Assembly: GCA_949358305.1 (NCBI GenBank)
Contig: OX442314.1
Location: 25,544,001 to 25,608,000 of the forward strand
Source of the DNA: Strigamia acuminata
Lineage: Eukaryota
Direction of reading: 5' to 3'
Length of the DNA: 64,000 bases
Made by a program: the position numbers and the translations under genes. This document shows positions 1 to 10,172 of this stretch, piece after piece (position 1 is the first letter of the stretch; the number at the start of each line of letters is the position of its first letter). The notes under the pieces were generated by a model. The model did not search any database and had not been told where the DNA came from. It saw only the letters and a list, made by a program, of their open reading frames with translations.

Positions 1-201
1 GCGACAAAGGTCAGGTTGGCTGTGATTGATTGCTGGAAAAAAAATTTTCTTTCAGTTGAGTAAAAGTTCACTCAAAAGTCAACTTTCAGAAAAGAGCAAA
101 AAGAAACAAAAGAATGAGTTGTAAGAATAAAAGAACATTCTTACTACTCATTCTCAGGAAAATTAGTGGGCCAATAAATGGGACCCCGAAGAAATACGGT
201 A
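1..201. mobile_element. Probable end of a DNA transposon/MITE inserted at a TA in the last intron of the upstream knottin paralog
   Basis: Ends ...GAAATACGGTA (reverse complement TACCGTATTTC, a Tc1/pogo-like terminus). Homology to the intron of the second paralog (TAATATTAAAAGCAAAAAATAAA, ~21878) starts exactly after this TA. The other end is outside the window. Confidence 0.4.
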
Positions 202-299
202 ATCTTAAAAGCAAAAAATAAATGAATAATTGAAATTCTTAATTGTAAACCATCCAAAATTAACCAAACATTAATGATTTGCCTACTGTATCGTTCCAG

Positions 300-429
300 G
301 CCGCCCTGTGTGCCAAGAAAACAATTGTGTAACCATCGACAAAACGACTGCTGCCCTGGAGATAATTGCTCATTCGACCACGACAAAATGATATATTATT
401 GTGTAGAACGATCTATTTTTGATGGCTAG
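300..429 (+). CDS. Terminal knottin (ICK, 6-Cys) exon of an ALP-derived paralog whose upstream exons lie left of the window
   Basis: Acceptor TTCCAG|G (phase 2) gives PPCVPRKQLCNHRQNDCCPGDNCSFDHDKMIYYCVERSIFDG*. C-C-CC-C-C spacing; CNHRQNDCC resembles ALP CDHRPNDCC. Preceding intron and 3' flank align with those of exon 21980-22115. Confidence 0.85.
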
Positions 430-988
430 AAGTACTAGAATAAAGCATTCCCTAAATGTTAGATAGCTGTACTGAATTTAACCCGTATAACATGCAAACT
501 GTAAAACTTGTGTTGTACTTGACAAATATATAAACCAGGTCAAAGTAGAACCTTCAATTCGAGCAGTCATCATTAATTTCCTTAATTTGTTAGAAGTTAT
601 CAACTACCATATATAGGGCGTACACTTGAGGCCGTTCTGTACACTAGCTGCAAACACACACAATGAAAAGCAAAGTTTTGTATTGTTACAGTATATCTTT
701 ATTACCATGGTTGTCTAGGGGTTGTGCATTCAGCCTGCTATTGCCTTAATTGTTGGGTTGCATTGCTGCGACCCAACCCTGCCCAACCGCCGACCACATA
801 GTGGAAATTCACATTGGCAACGTGGTCGAAATAACGTTTGCCCGTGCCGTACTTTGCAGCATGGCCCAAAGTGCGTTCAAGTGCCTTCGAACTTAAGAGC
901 AACCGTGGCTAATTTTGCCATCATTTTGACCATCGTCTCCTACTCTGTTAACCCTTGGAGGCATAAGGGTAAAATGTGCTGTTCTGGT

Positions 989-1807
989 TGTGGTGACCCT
1001 GCGGGTGGTCGTCCCTCCAGTGGACGCCATCCGCATGAGTCACTAGGAAAGGTCAGTTCCCTTGCGTTGGCTCCGCCTTCCCCCCCCTGGGAAGCGCGTG
1101 CCCCGAGGGGGTGAGGTGATGCGTGGACGGCCCCCATTGGCCGAGCCAGGCCCCTCACCCTGGCCTATATCAGGTAGAGTTTCGCGCCCTACAAGCAGAA
1201 CTTACACAAACGACACCAAGAACACAGCAACTACCTCACCGTCAGGCCAACTCCACCAAAAGTTAGGATTGATAGAGGACCGCTGATTCCAGTGCAACTG
1301 TAACTCTCACGAATTTACACTGTGTGTTATTTCCCCGCGAAAGCAGGAAAATAACCCTTGTGGATTCACACGAAATAATCGACCCACGATTATTTCCATT
1401 GCGAAGTGTCCGAGTGCCCTGTAAGAAACTCCACGTTTCTGGACGGAGCCTTGCGACGCTAAAACCAACCCCTAGACAACAGGCACGGATAGAAGACTCG
1501 AAAGAGCATTCCACCGCGTCCGTGAACGACGAATCCGTGACGAATTAACGACAACTCGAGACGCCGCCTTTGTTCCGCCGACCACGCGGAACCGACGACG
1601 CCATCTTGGGAAATCCTTTGTTCGACTCTGACCCAGTCGACTCTAGTTTTATACTGAGTGTATTTTAAGGCTTACGCCTATTGAATAAACCTGTTTGTTC
1701 ATTTACATATACTTAGTATTCATTTGGGTAATTTACATATTTAGTAGAATCACAGGTAAAGTAATACACGTTAGCTCTTTAAACCTATCACCAGGTAGGA
1801 CGCGACA
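989..1807 (+). repeat. Gypsy 5' LTR
   Basis: TGTGGTGACC...GGACGCGACA, direct repeat of 13030-13848. AATAAA at 1684-1689. Confidence 0.97.
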
Positions 1808-1809
1808 CG

Positions 1810-1827
1810 TGGGGGCCTGTCCGGGAT
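1810..1827 (+). promoter_or_regulatory. Primer binding site, tRNA-Pro-like
   Basis: TGGGGGCCTGTCCGGGAT lies 2 nt after the LTR and differs by 2 nt from the classical tRNA-Pro PBS TGGGGGCTCGTCCGGGAT. Confidence 0.8.
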
Positions 1828-1902
1828 TTAGAAATAAATCTCAACTGAACTTGTGATCTCTCATTTAATATAATAACCCAAATCGAAGAATTACTCAAAG
1901 AA

Positions 1903-4900
1903 ATGTCAGACCAAGATGAACAATCCGCGTCTGATAACGAGCGACCTACGCTCGAAAAGGGAAAACGGACCTCCGACTATAACTTAAGGTCGGGCGGCCC
2001 GGTTCCCGAACAATCCGCGAAGGCGAAAGCCCGAGCGAATCGGAGGAAAGCAAAGGCGCAGAAAGAGGAAGCAGCTGCTTCGCTCGAGGCCCTAACCGAG
2101 CCCGAGCGAGAGCCGCTCTCCTCAGATATGCCCTTTGTCGAAGATACCGATACAGAAGTCCTAGAAAATCAAGAAGAAATTCGCGATACAACAACAGGAC
2201 GAGTGCCGATACTGGTAGCCGAGGAGAAGACGGAAACTCCGAGGCGAACAACCACAATCGACAGCAACCCATCACCAGCACAAAGCCACCATTCGGCCCC
2301 CTTAAATGAAACTCCGGCGAGAAACACGAGCGGGACCCCGATGGCCTCCCGTGCCTCGGCGAGACCTGCCCCTGTTTCCCCCGAGGTAGCCCATTTAATT
2401 CACCTATCGCAACAAGCGGCCCGACTGAAAGCAGTAACCGATATTCCGCCGGGAACGTCAGTTTGGGACTCGATTACTATACTCACTAAAGCGATTTGCG
2501 CAGCACAGGCCCCGACGCCAGTCGCAAGACCAGCGGCGGAGACGCCTGTAGCGCAAGAAACGCCGAGTGACGTAGGTAACTTCGTGCCCGATCCTCACAA
2601 AGCCCTTCACGAATCTCGGGAGAAAGCCCGAGAAGAATCGAGGCAGGAAACGATAAATCGTCAGCGTAGAGTGAGCGCTGAGAGGAGAGAACTTTGGAAC
2701 GAGGAAGAGGAACGACTACAGCGGGAAAAAAGGACCACGGAGAGAACGGAAGAAATGGTGCAAAAAATGAGGGAAGAGCAGGAAGCAAAAATACGAAAAG
2801 AATGGAATAATACAGTAGAAGGAAGGCACAGAGAAGCCCAAGACTACGAAGACCAATTCCGAGCCCTCCTGGCCCAACGAAAAGCCGAGAAATTGCAGAA
2901 ACTGAGAGAAGAAGCTCAGCGGCAACACCAGAAGTGGGAAGAACAATACCACGAAAGGATGAAAGCCGCAAGAGCAAGGAGAGAAAAGGAGCAATTTCGT
3001 GAAGAACAAGAAGAATGGGAGCGGTACAGATGGACTGACGAGTACCAAGCTAAGAAAAAAGAAATAATTGACGAGCAAAAACGATGGGAAGCCGAAAATT
3101 GGGAAAAGGAAACAGAGAAATTCCAAAGAGAGTACGAGCAGGACGTTTCGGAGAGAAAAGAAAAGGAGGATCCGAAAGCGGACAAAGAGCCCACCAGCGG
3201 TTCCAACGCCGAACCAAAAAAGAGGAAGTCACGGGAAGACGACCAACCGGATAGAAAATCCAGAAACCGTAACCCCTCGAAACGATCCGAAAGAAGCGCC
3301 GCAATCGACGCGTTACTTAACAAAAAGAACGCGAATAAGGACCGCGAGCGCCCAGAAAGCGAAGAGAATAACTGGCATTCTTTTTACGGGAACAGCGACG
3401 AAAAGGAGCCGCCGCCCTCCGGAGGCTCGAAGAAATCACGGGATGGCGAAGAAGTCCCCCCGAAGGGACCAAGAGACCGCCCACAAGGCGACCCTTCCGA
3501 CCCCTCTGATTCATCGGGCGACGACGACCAAAGTCGACCGTCATCCGGATCGCACCGAGAGAGCCGCGGCAGCAACCAGCACCATTCGGACCGACCGAAT
3601 GCCTCCAACCGATCTTCGCACAGCTCTCGCCCTTCCATACAGGAGGGGAACTTCCAGGACTCTGCCGGCCGACAATATACAATGGCTGAACTGGGACGTG
3701 CCTTATTGAACTCTTTCCGAAAGGAAGGAATCGACTTGGGCCACCCCGGAGATGAACATAACCGCGCCGGTGAAAGGGTCAAACGCAAATATGGCGTGCG
3801 TAACGAACCAGCGGCCGAAGCCACGGGCAACATCCGCTGGCAACACTATGTACAAACGCGATTCGACGGTTCGTGGAAAGCGGGAGACCGCTTCCTCGAC
3901 GAAGTCATGAGAATTAAGAAAGCTACAAAGGCGACCGTCGCCGATATGCTTACACACGGCCTAGTGGAGTTAACCACCGGGTCAGCCCGCGAGTGGTACC
4001 AAGGGCTAAAAAATCCAACCTGGGACGACTTTCTCGTCCGTTTCGACCTTCGATACGGCGAAACACCCGACGAGATCAGCAACAAATTGCGTGGCCTCCG
4101 TCAAGCCCCAGGTGAAACACTCGCCGACTACGACGCCCGAGCGAAATTACTCTTCGCCCGAGCACCGTACGAAATTAACCCTGCCGGGTTTACGATGATT
4201 TTCTATGGGGGATTGTCAGCACATTCACAACGAATATTGCTGGACATGCGGGCTCCCCGCACTGGCGACTATCGGGATGTCAGTAATTATCTCCTAACCA
4301 ATACGCTGGAGATAGAACAAAGGTACTACGCCTCACTGCCACCCGAAGAGGCGGAAGCCCACGAAAAGCGACTGATAACCAGCGCCGAACGCCATAAAGC
4401 TTCCGAGAAATTAATGAGACCGAGCGAATACCTCAGCGGCATAATGAGCCTCACTGAGGCGTCTTCGGGACGGACGTTGACACCAAAAACCGGTGTAACG
4501 CTCCCAAGCAACCCGATTGCTGCCCCAAAGAAAGCTCCGACGACTACGGCGATGCAGGTGACCTCGACTGACTTAGCCACCTCGGCAAAAGCAGAGGAAG
4601 CGTCACCTCCCGCGGCGGTCGCCGAGCCGGCAGAGGAATCGAGCGATGAAGACGACCTACACGAACACCTCGAAAACTTATCGACGGGGTGCGACGACCA
4701 AGGCCCGTACCTTCGACACGCGCACCGAGCGCTAGCCATCACCCAATTCAGAGCTCACGCCCGCGCCGCCAAGGAAAAAGGGGCGCCGGGCCTCAAAAGA
4801 CGGTTCCCAACAGCATTCGTCCCGAAAAAACCGGGTTTCACACCCACGGGCGACAAAAGCAATATTAAATGCTACAGCTGTGGGGAATACGGCCATTATT

Positions 4901-5022
4901 CCGATAAATGCGAAAAAACAGCCAAAATCACTAGTGAGACACAGACCATGATGAAGATGATGGCCGAGTTAAATATCGCCCTGGCAAAAAACTGCCAAGC
5001 GCAGGCGTCGTCGAAGAAATAG
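1903..5022 (+). CDS. gag: Gypsy Gag (1039 aa)
   Basis: Capsid-like region (LTTGSAREWY...TWDDFLVRFDLRY...LRQAPGETLADY), CCHC knuckle CYSCGEYGHYSDKC, and a long charged N-terminal half. Confidence 0.93.
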   Translation: MSDQDEQSASDNERPTLEKGKRTSDYNLRSGGPVPEQSAKAKARANRRKAKAQKEEAAASLEALTEPEREPLSSDMPFVEDTDTEVLENQEEIRDTTTGRVPILVAEEKTETPRRTTTIDSNPSPAQSHHSAPLNETPARNTSGTPMASRASARPAPVSPEVAHLIHLSQQAARLKAVTDIPPGTSVWDSITILTKAICAAQAPTPVARPAAETPVAQETPSDVGNFVPDPHKALHESREKAREESRQETINRQRRVSAERRELWNEEEERLQREKRTTERTEEMVQKMREEQEAKIRKEWNNTVEGRHREAQDYEDQFRALLAQRKAEKLQKLREEAQRQHQKWEEQYHERMKAARARREKEQFREEQEEWERYRWTDEYQAKKKEIIDEQKRWEAENWEKETEKFQREYEQDVSERKEKEDPKADKEPTSGSNAEPKKRKSREDDQPDRKSRNRNPSKRSERSAAIDALLNKKNANKDRERPESEENNWHSFYGNSDEKEPPPSGGSKKSRDGEEVPPKGPRDRPQGDPSDPSDSSGDDDQSRPSSGSHRESRGSNQHHSDRPNASNRSSHSSRPSIQEGNFQDSAGRQYTMAELGRALLNSFRKEGIDLGHPGDEHNRAGERVKRKYGVRNEPAAEATGNIRWQHYVQTRFDGSWKAGDRFLDEVMRIKKATKATVADMLTHGLVELTTGSAREWYQGLKNPTWDDFLVRFDLRYGETPDEISNKLRGLRQAPGETLADYDARAKLLFARAPYEINPAGFTMIFYGGLSAHSQRILLDMRAPRTGDYRDVSNYLLTNTLEIEQRYYASLPPEEAEAHEKRLITSAERHKASEKLMRPSEYLSGIMSLTEASSGRTLTPKTGVTLPSNPIAAPKKAPTTTAMQVTSTDLATSAKAEEASPPAAVAEPAEESSDEDDLHEHLENLSTGCDDQGPYLRHAHRALAITQFRAHARAAKEKGAPGLKRRFPTAFVPKKPGFTPTGDKSNIKCYSCGEYGHYSDKCEKTAKITSETQTMMKMMAELNIALAKNCQAQASSKK

Positions 5023-8000
5023 AATCGACTTCGTCTGCGAAAGCCGAGGAAATAACAAGGAAAAAGAAATTCCATACCGGACCTGCCGGTCACGCCATAC
5101 TTGATGCGCAAGTCAAAGACCGAGCCCAATCCGCACCGGAGAAGGAAGAAAAAGTGATACTGAGGGGCATGCAAGTGAGAACTGAGGCCAAAACAGACGA
5201 TAGTTGGGCCGAACTCCCGTTTGACCTGGACGTCGTACCGCAGAAATTGCGAGTATTCCACTGCAACGTCTCAAAGTCACATTGCGAGACACTCTGTATG
5301 TTACCAGTGACCATTGAAAACCAAAAGTTACTGGGACTACTGGATTCCGGAGCGGATCGTTCTTGCATATCCGAAGATCTAGTCGAGAGCCTAGACATCG
5401 AAGACAAAATGATGAAAGTGAACGAGAATGTGGAATTACTCACGGCTAATGGCTATGTAAAGCCAAGGGGCGTGATAAAAATCACCATCGATTGGAGGGG
5501 AGGGAACCTATCCCACCCCTTCTTAGTGTTGCCATCCCACGACAAGGTGTTCCTCCTCGGAATTGACATCATGGCTAAACTAAACATACAGCCAAATCCG
5601 ATAACGAGATCGTGGAATTGGATAAGCCCCGAAGGTGAAAGGCCCGTTCCAGTAGTACCCCAAAAATTGCTGGACGAGGCCCAAGATAAGGAGGAATACG
5701 AGAGAGGACTGCGAAAATTCGTACAAGACTACGATTTCGTAGCCTTCGCTCTGGAATTGCAAAGAAGCAACATGGTGGACACGTTAGTCGAGGAGGCCGC
5801 TCTGCAAGTCAACGAAGCGTCATTGTTGAGGCGAATACTTCGTAAGCACGAACGGATCCTCACCAAAACGCCCGGAAGAACGACCGAAGCCGTACACGAG
5901 ATCGAACTAACAACGGACAAACCGATTCGCGTGCCATACAAGGGAATGAATCCCCAAAAACGGGACATAGTAACCCAGATGTGTCAAGACATGCTCGATA
6001 AAGGCATCGTCACAGAAGCATTGGGCGAATACGCGATGAGGATCGTCCTAGTAATGCGACCCGGCTCCGAGCCTCGCTTGTGTATCGACTACCGCCCGCT
6101 CAATGCGATAACGGTGATAGACCCGATACAGATGCCCTCCATCGAAGCGATTCTCCGAGAGCTGGCTCCATTTAATTGGGTAACCACCATGGACCTATCA
6201 AAAGGGTACTGGCAGGTCGAACTCCGACCAGAAGACAAGCTAAAAACAGCGTTTTACTCGCCTATAGGGCGATTAATGTTCAACGTAATGCCATTCGGAC
6301 TAGTGAACGCGCCAAGCACATTTCAAAAGTTAATCGAAAGCGTCCTCGGAGACATGTTACATGATTTCGTCTGGGCTTATCTCGACGATATCATTATTGC
6401 GTCAGACACTTTTGAGGAACACATAGAGCACATAGACCGAGTGGTCTCCCGTTTAGCCAAAGCTGGACTCCATGTCCACCCCGGAAAGAGCAAGTTCTGT
6501 AGAAAAGAACTTGCCTTCCTAGGCTATCGAATCGGAGTTGAAGGGATCGCCATTGATCCCGAAAAAGTACGAGCAATAAACGGATTCCCGGCCCCCGAAG
6601 ATATAAAGGGGGTCCAGAGATTCATGGGAATGATTAATTTTTTCGGCAGGCTGCTCCCCAATTTGGCAGAAGTAGCCGCGCCCGTAACGGACCTCCTGCG
6701 AACCGACCGCGAGTTCGCATGGACGGCCGAATGCGAGGCCGCCTTCAGCGCCATAAAACAAATGCTGGCCGACGTCGACAAAATGCCGCTACCCGATCTA
6801 AACCGACCGTTCGTACTGCATACCGACGCCAGCCGAGTTGGCTTGGGAGCAGCCCTTTTGCAAAAACACACGTACAACGGAGTGGAGCAAGAAGTACCCT
6901 GTATGTTCATAAGCCGAAAAATACAGGGAGCCGAGAAAAACTACACGGCTACAGAACTCGAGTGCTTAGCCGTAATATGGGCTGTTCGGAAATTTCGTGA
7001 CTACCTAGAGTATACGAATTTCGAGGTGCAGACCGATCATCAAGCATTAAGTTGGTTGATGAAGTTAAAAGAACCATCCGGCAGACTCGCCAGATGGCAA
7101 CTCGAACTCATGGCGTGCGACATAACAATAACATATCGCCCCGGAAAATTCAATCAGGTGGCCGACGCCTTATCGCGAGCCCCGGCGTCCGACCCCCATG
7201 GTCCGGACGACGACGGCGAAGACGATTCGCGTCTACTTTACTGCCCGACGCCCAGACGGATTTGGCGCCTTCGTAAAGCGAACGAATTGCCCGTGATGGA
7301 GCCCGCTGATAGGACTTTTTGTGGTTTCTGGACTCGGACGTACCAGCCAGCTGGAACAACCGACACAACCACGGAAACAAAACCTCCGGTCATCCCAGAG
7401 GCCCCAAAAACTCTACTGCGAGCCTTCACGGCCACAATAGAAAAGAAAACGCAATACGCGCCGCCAACAAGACTCGAGTTCATCGAACATCAGGCGACCG
7501 ACGCCAAATGTCAAATAATGACTCGATTCCTAGAAAAAGGGGAATATCCGGTCGACATGACAAATCCTCATCGCAGAAAGCAATTTGCCAAGGAAGCCAC
7601 CAGCTACCTGATAGACGACGGGTTGCTACTCAAATATCACCCGACGTTTCAGGACGACCTTAGCGGAGCGGGAAACGCGATAAAAGTGGTGGCGCCTGTC
7701 TCGCTACACACCCGACTGCTGTGGCTGATGCACGGGCACCCACTCGCTAGCCACGCCGGCATAGCAAGAACATTGTACCGCGTGAAGCAGATATTTTTTT
7801 GGCCCGGAGCCCGCCAGAAAATAACGAAATTTATTCGTCACTGCTCCCGGTGCCAAGCATGTCGACCTCGCGACAAAGTGGCCAGAAACACAATGTTTCT
7901 CGGCCCCTATGCTCCCTTCGACTGTTGGAGTGTTGACTTGATGGGCCCCAAGCCCACAACAAGCAACCGCAACATGTATATACTTGTAATTATGGACGTA

Positions 8001-9128
8001 GCGACCCGTTGGCCCGAGTTGTACGCCCTCGCGAAGCCCTCGGCGGAAAATATCGCCGAGTGTCTTTACGACGTGGCGTTGCGATTTGGGTTTCCTCGGA
8101 AACTCATTTCCGATAACGGGCCCCAATTCAGGTCCAAAATATACAAGGAGTTCTGCAAGAAATTTAAGATGGAGATTTCAAACACCTCCACTTATAATCC
8201 TCAAACGAACCCCGTGGAAAGGCTAAACAAAGACGTGAAATACGCTTTGACGGTGTTCACCGACGTACACAATCGGTGGGATGAGTATCTACGTGAGATA
8301 GCGTTCAGCATTCGCTCCACCGTATCACGAACACGCGACTTCTCACCGGCGTTTCTTAATTTCGCCCGCGAACTAAGAATGCCATGGGACCCACGAGTTG
8401 CGGAAGCAGTGAATGTACTGGACCCCGCCAACCCACACGAGTACGTATGTCGTTTGGAACAGACAATTTCCGACACATATCAGCACCTAATGACTCACAT
8501 CTTTGACCTACGGGAAAGAGTCGCAGAAAAAGAAGGAGATTTAGATTTTACGAATTTCAAGGTCAACGACCTGGTGTGGAAGGAAACACACATATTATCG
8601 AATGCTGCGAGGGGCATTGCCGCGGGTCTGGCCGACAAAAGGGACGGACCCTATGTAATTGTGGCAGAACACGGCGGCAACGCCTACCAATTGCGCAGAT
8701 TAACAGATAATAAAAATTTCCAGTCGATCAACGGCCGGGAATTAAAACCATATCTACCAGAATTTCGCCAAGAAATATGGCTGGAAGGTCAGACACACAG
8801 CGGCCAAGGTGGCACAGTGGTTGACACATTCCAAAATAACAACGAAATCGGCGAAGGAGCAGACGAAGATGACGAATTTTTCGACGCCGAATCCCAACCC
8901 ACAGATGCTCCCGATCAAGCGGAGCAAACAGTCTCGGAGAGGGAGGAAGCAGAAGAAAATACTTCTGAAAAAGAAAAAACAAAATTAAAAGAAGTAAACA
9001 ATACCGCAACATCGGAGATGAGCGACCAAGTGGGAGCCGATACCACTCGCGAGCAAAAACGCAACCTTCGACCGCAAAAATCGAAGAATCCGTTCATCCA
9101 AGACGGAAAAATCACCGGGAGAAACTAG
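4938..9128 (+). CDS. pol: Gypsy Pol (protease, reverse transcriptase, RNase H, integrase); open frame from 4938, expressed by frameshift
   Basis: LLDSGA (PR), YLDDII (RT), TDAS (RNase H), H..H / CSRC zinc finger and DDE core (VDLMGP, SDNGPQF, NPVER), GPY motif. No internal stops. Confidence 0.97.
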   Translation, partial: DTDHDEDDGRVKYRPGKKLPSAGVVEEIESTSSAKAEEITRKKKFHTGPAGHAILDAQVKDRAQSAPEKEEKVILRGMQVRTEAKTDDSWAELPFDLDVVPQKLRVFHCNVSKSHCETLCMLPVTIENQKLLGLLDSGADRSCISEDLVESLDIEDKMMKVNENVELLTANGYVKPRGVIKITIDWRGGNLSHPFLVLPSHDKVFLLGIDIMAKLNIQPNPITRSWNWISPEGERPVPVVPQKLLDEAQDKEEYERGLRKFVQDYDFVAFALELQRSNMVDTLVEEAALQVNEASLLRRILRKHERILTKTPGRTTEAVHEIELTTDKPIRVPYKGMNPQKRDIVTQMCQDMLDKGIVTEALGEYAMRIVLVMRPGSEPRLCIDYRPLNAITVIDPIQMPSIEAILRELAPFNWVTTMDLSKGYWQVELRPEDKLKTAFYSPIGRLMFNVMPFGLVNAPSTFQKLIESVLGDMLHDFVWAYLDDIIIASDTFEEHIEHIDRVVSRLAKAGLHVHPGKSKFCRKELAFLGYRIGVEGIAIDPEKVRAINGFPAPEDIKGVQRFMGMINFFGRLLPNLAEVAAPVTDLLRTDREFAWTAECEAAFSAIKQMLADVDKMPLPDLNRPFVLHTDASRVGLGAALLQKHTYNGVEQEVPCMFISRKIQGAEKNYTATELECLAVIWAVRKFRDYLEYTNFEVQTDHQALSWLMKLKEPSGRLARWQLELMACDITITYRPGKFNQVADALSRAPASDPHGPDDDGEDDSRLLYCPTPRRIWRLRKANELPVMEPADRTFCGFWTRTYQPAGTTDTTTETKPPVIPEAPKTLLRAFTATIEKKTQYAPPTRLEFIEHQATDAKCQIMTRFLEKGEYPVDMTNPHRRKQFAKEATSYLIDDGLLLKYHPTFQDDLSGAGNAIKVVAPVSLHTRLLWLMHGHPLASHAGIARTLYRVKQIFFWPGARQKITKFIRHCSRCQACRPRDKVARNTMFLGPYAPFDCWSVDLMGPKPTTSNRNMYILVIMDVATRWPELYALAKPSAENIAECLYDVALRFGFPRKLISDNGPQFRSKIYKEFCKKFKMEISNTSTYNPQTNPVERLNKDVKYALTVFTDVHNRWDEYLREIAFSIRSTVSRTRDFSPAFLNFARELRMPWDPRVAEAVNVLDPANPHEYVCRLEQTISDTYQHLMTHIFDLRERVAEKEGDLDFTNFKVNDLVWKETHILSNAARGIAAGLADKRDGPYVIVAEHGGNAYQLRRLTDNKNFQSINGRELKPYLPEFRQEIWLEGQTHSGQGGTVVDTFQNNNEIGEGADEDDEFFDAESQPTDAPDQAEQTVSEREEAEENTSEKEKTKLKEVNNTATSEMSDQVGADTTREQKRNLRPQKSKNPFIQDGKITGRN
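4986..5039 (+). promoter_or_regulatory. -1 programmed ribosomal frameshift signal (gag to pol)
   Basis: A_AAA_AAC slippery heptamer in the gag frame (4986-4992), 7-nt spacer, stem-loop 5000-5039 (CGCAGGCG..GTCGA / TCGAC..CGTCTGCG). The pol frame is -1 and open from 4938. Confidence 0.85.
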
Positions 9129-9528
9129 AAAGAAATAAAAAGGTCAAGACATGTGATTGCGGCGTCGTAAAGTTGAAGAAATTCACTTACGAGAGCTGCA
9201 ACGCATGTCGAGACATAAAATTCGGCTAAGTCCGAACTTCGTCATCAGTTATCACCGTCAATATCGAAAAGCGAGATTACATGACGTATCGGTCGAAACC
9301 CCGTAGCATAACATGCGCACGGCTCGATCGCACGCGTCGTCCCCGTAGCTCCACGCTCACACGGACAAATCTCGTACCGAACGAGACGCGTCCGTGACCC
9401 ACAATCCTCCGCGCCAATCAGTTCCGTTTCCGATTGTTCGCTGACACGAAAAGCACGCGTTCCTGACGATTTCCCCGTGAAATCGTTTTCAGAACCTCTT
9501 TTCTCTCGAATAATTGGATTTTCTCTTG

Positions 9529-9648
9529 ATGGCTGATCGACGCAACCCGAGAATTGACCCCGACGCCTCGTCCTCCAGAGACGAGAGCGAAGGATTGGTC
9601 ATCGAGGCGGAGGAAGAAGATTGGGATGAGCCGGAGCAACAACCACAG
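9529..9648 (+). CDS. Putative first exon of Gypsy accessory ORF3
   Basis: ATG-initiated 40 codons MADRRNPRIDPDASSSRDESEGLVIEAEEEDWDEPEQQPQ ending at phase-0 donor CAG|GTAAC. Joins in frame to acceptor CTTCAG|ATC at 10190/10191. Confidence 0.6.
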
Positions 9649-10172
9649 GTAACATAAGATCTTCCCGTAAGATCGAAAATGTAATCCGCCGACATCCGAC
9701 ACCATGTCGGATTGTGGCGCGTGATAACTTGACTGATGAATTCTTTTTTGTATTTATTTTGTTGATTTTCGGTAGAATCAGAGCTCGGGCGCGGAAACCT
9801 TTTTCGTGCTCGAAGATCTCCGATCTCCAAACCCAGACAAAGGAATTGTTTGCCAAGATGGCGTCGCTAAAACTTAAAAAAAAAAAAAACTAAAACCTTA
9901 AAGTAACGTTGAAACTTCGTAATTAAATACGAGTAGAAAAGCTTAAACAAAAACAACCGATTCTTTTATATTACGCGACGTTGTTTTGAGCGGACCTCCT
10001 GAATCTAAAAAAGGTAGCAAGAGAAAGACTGAGCTACACCAGCGGCCAACCACCGCGGACCTGCGAATAATCAGGACAGAGAGGAGCGGCCACAACCGAA
10101 AGAAATTTTGGTGCCACCGCCGATCTCACAATTTTTATTCCAAACATTTATAAAAAGGGTATCGAAATTAAA

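Noticed and set aside
56..198. Possible extra exons of the first knottin paralog
   Set aside because: Splice phases do not fit, introns would be too short and there is no Cys pattern. Better explained as a transposon end.
722..950. ORF with CC and CPC as a further knottin exon
   Set aside because: Cys spacing does not fit ICK and the frame runs into MITE/LTR sequence.
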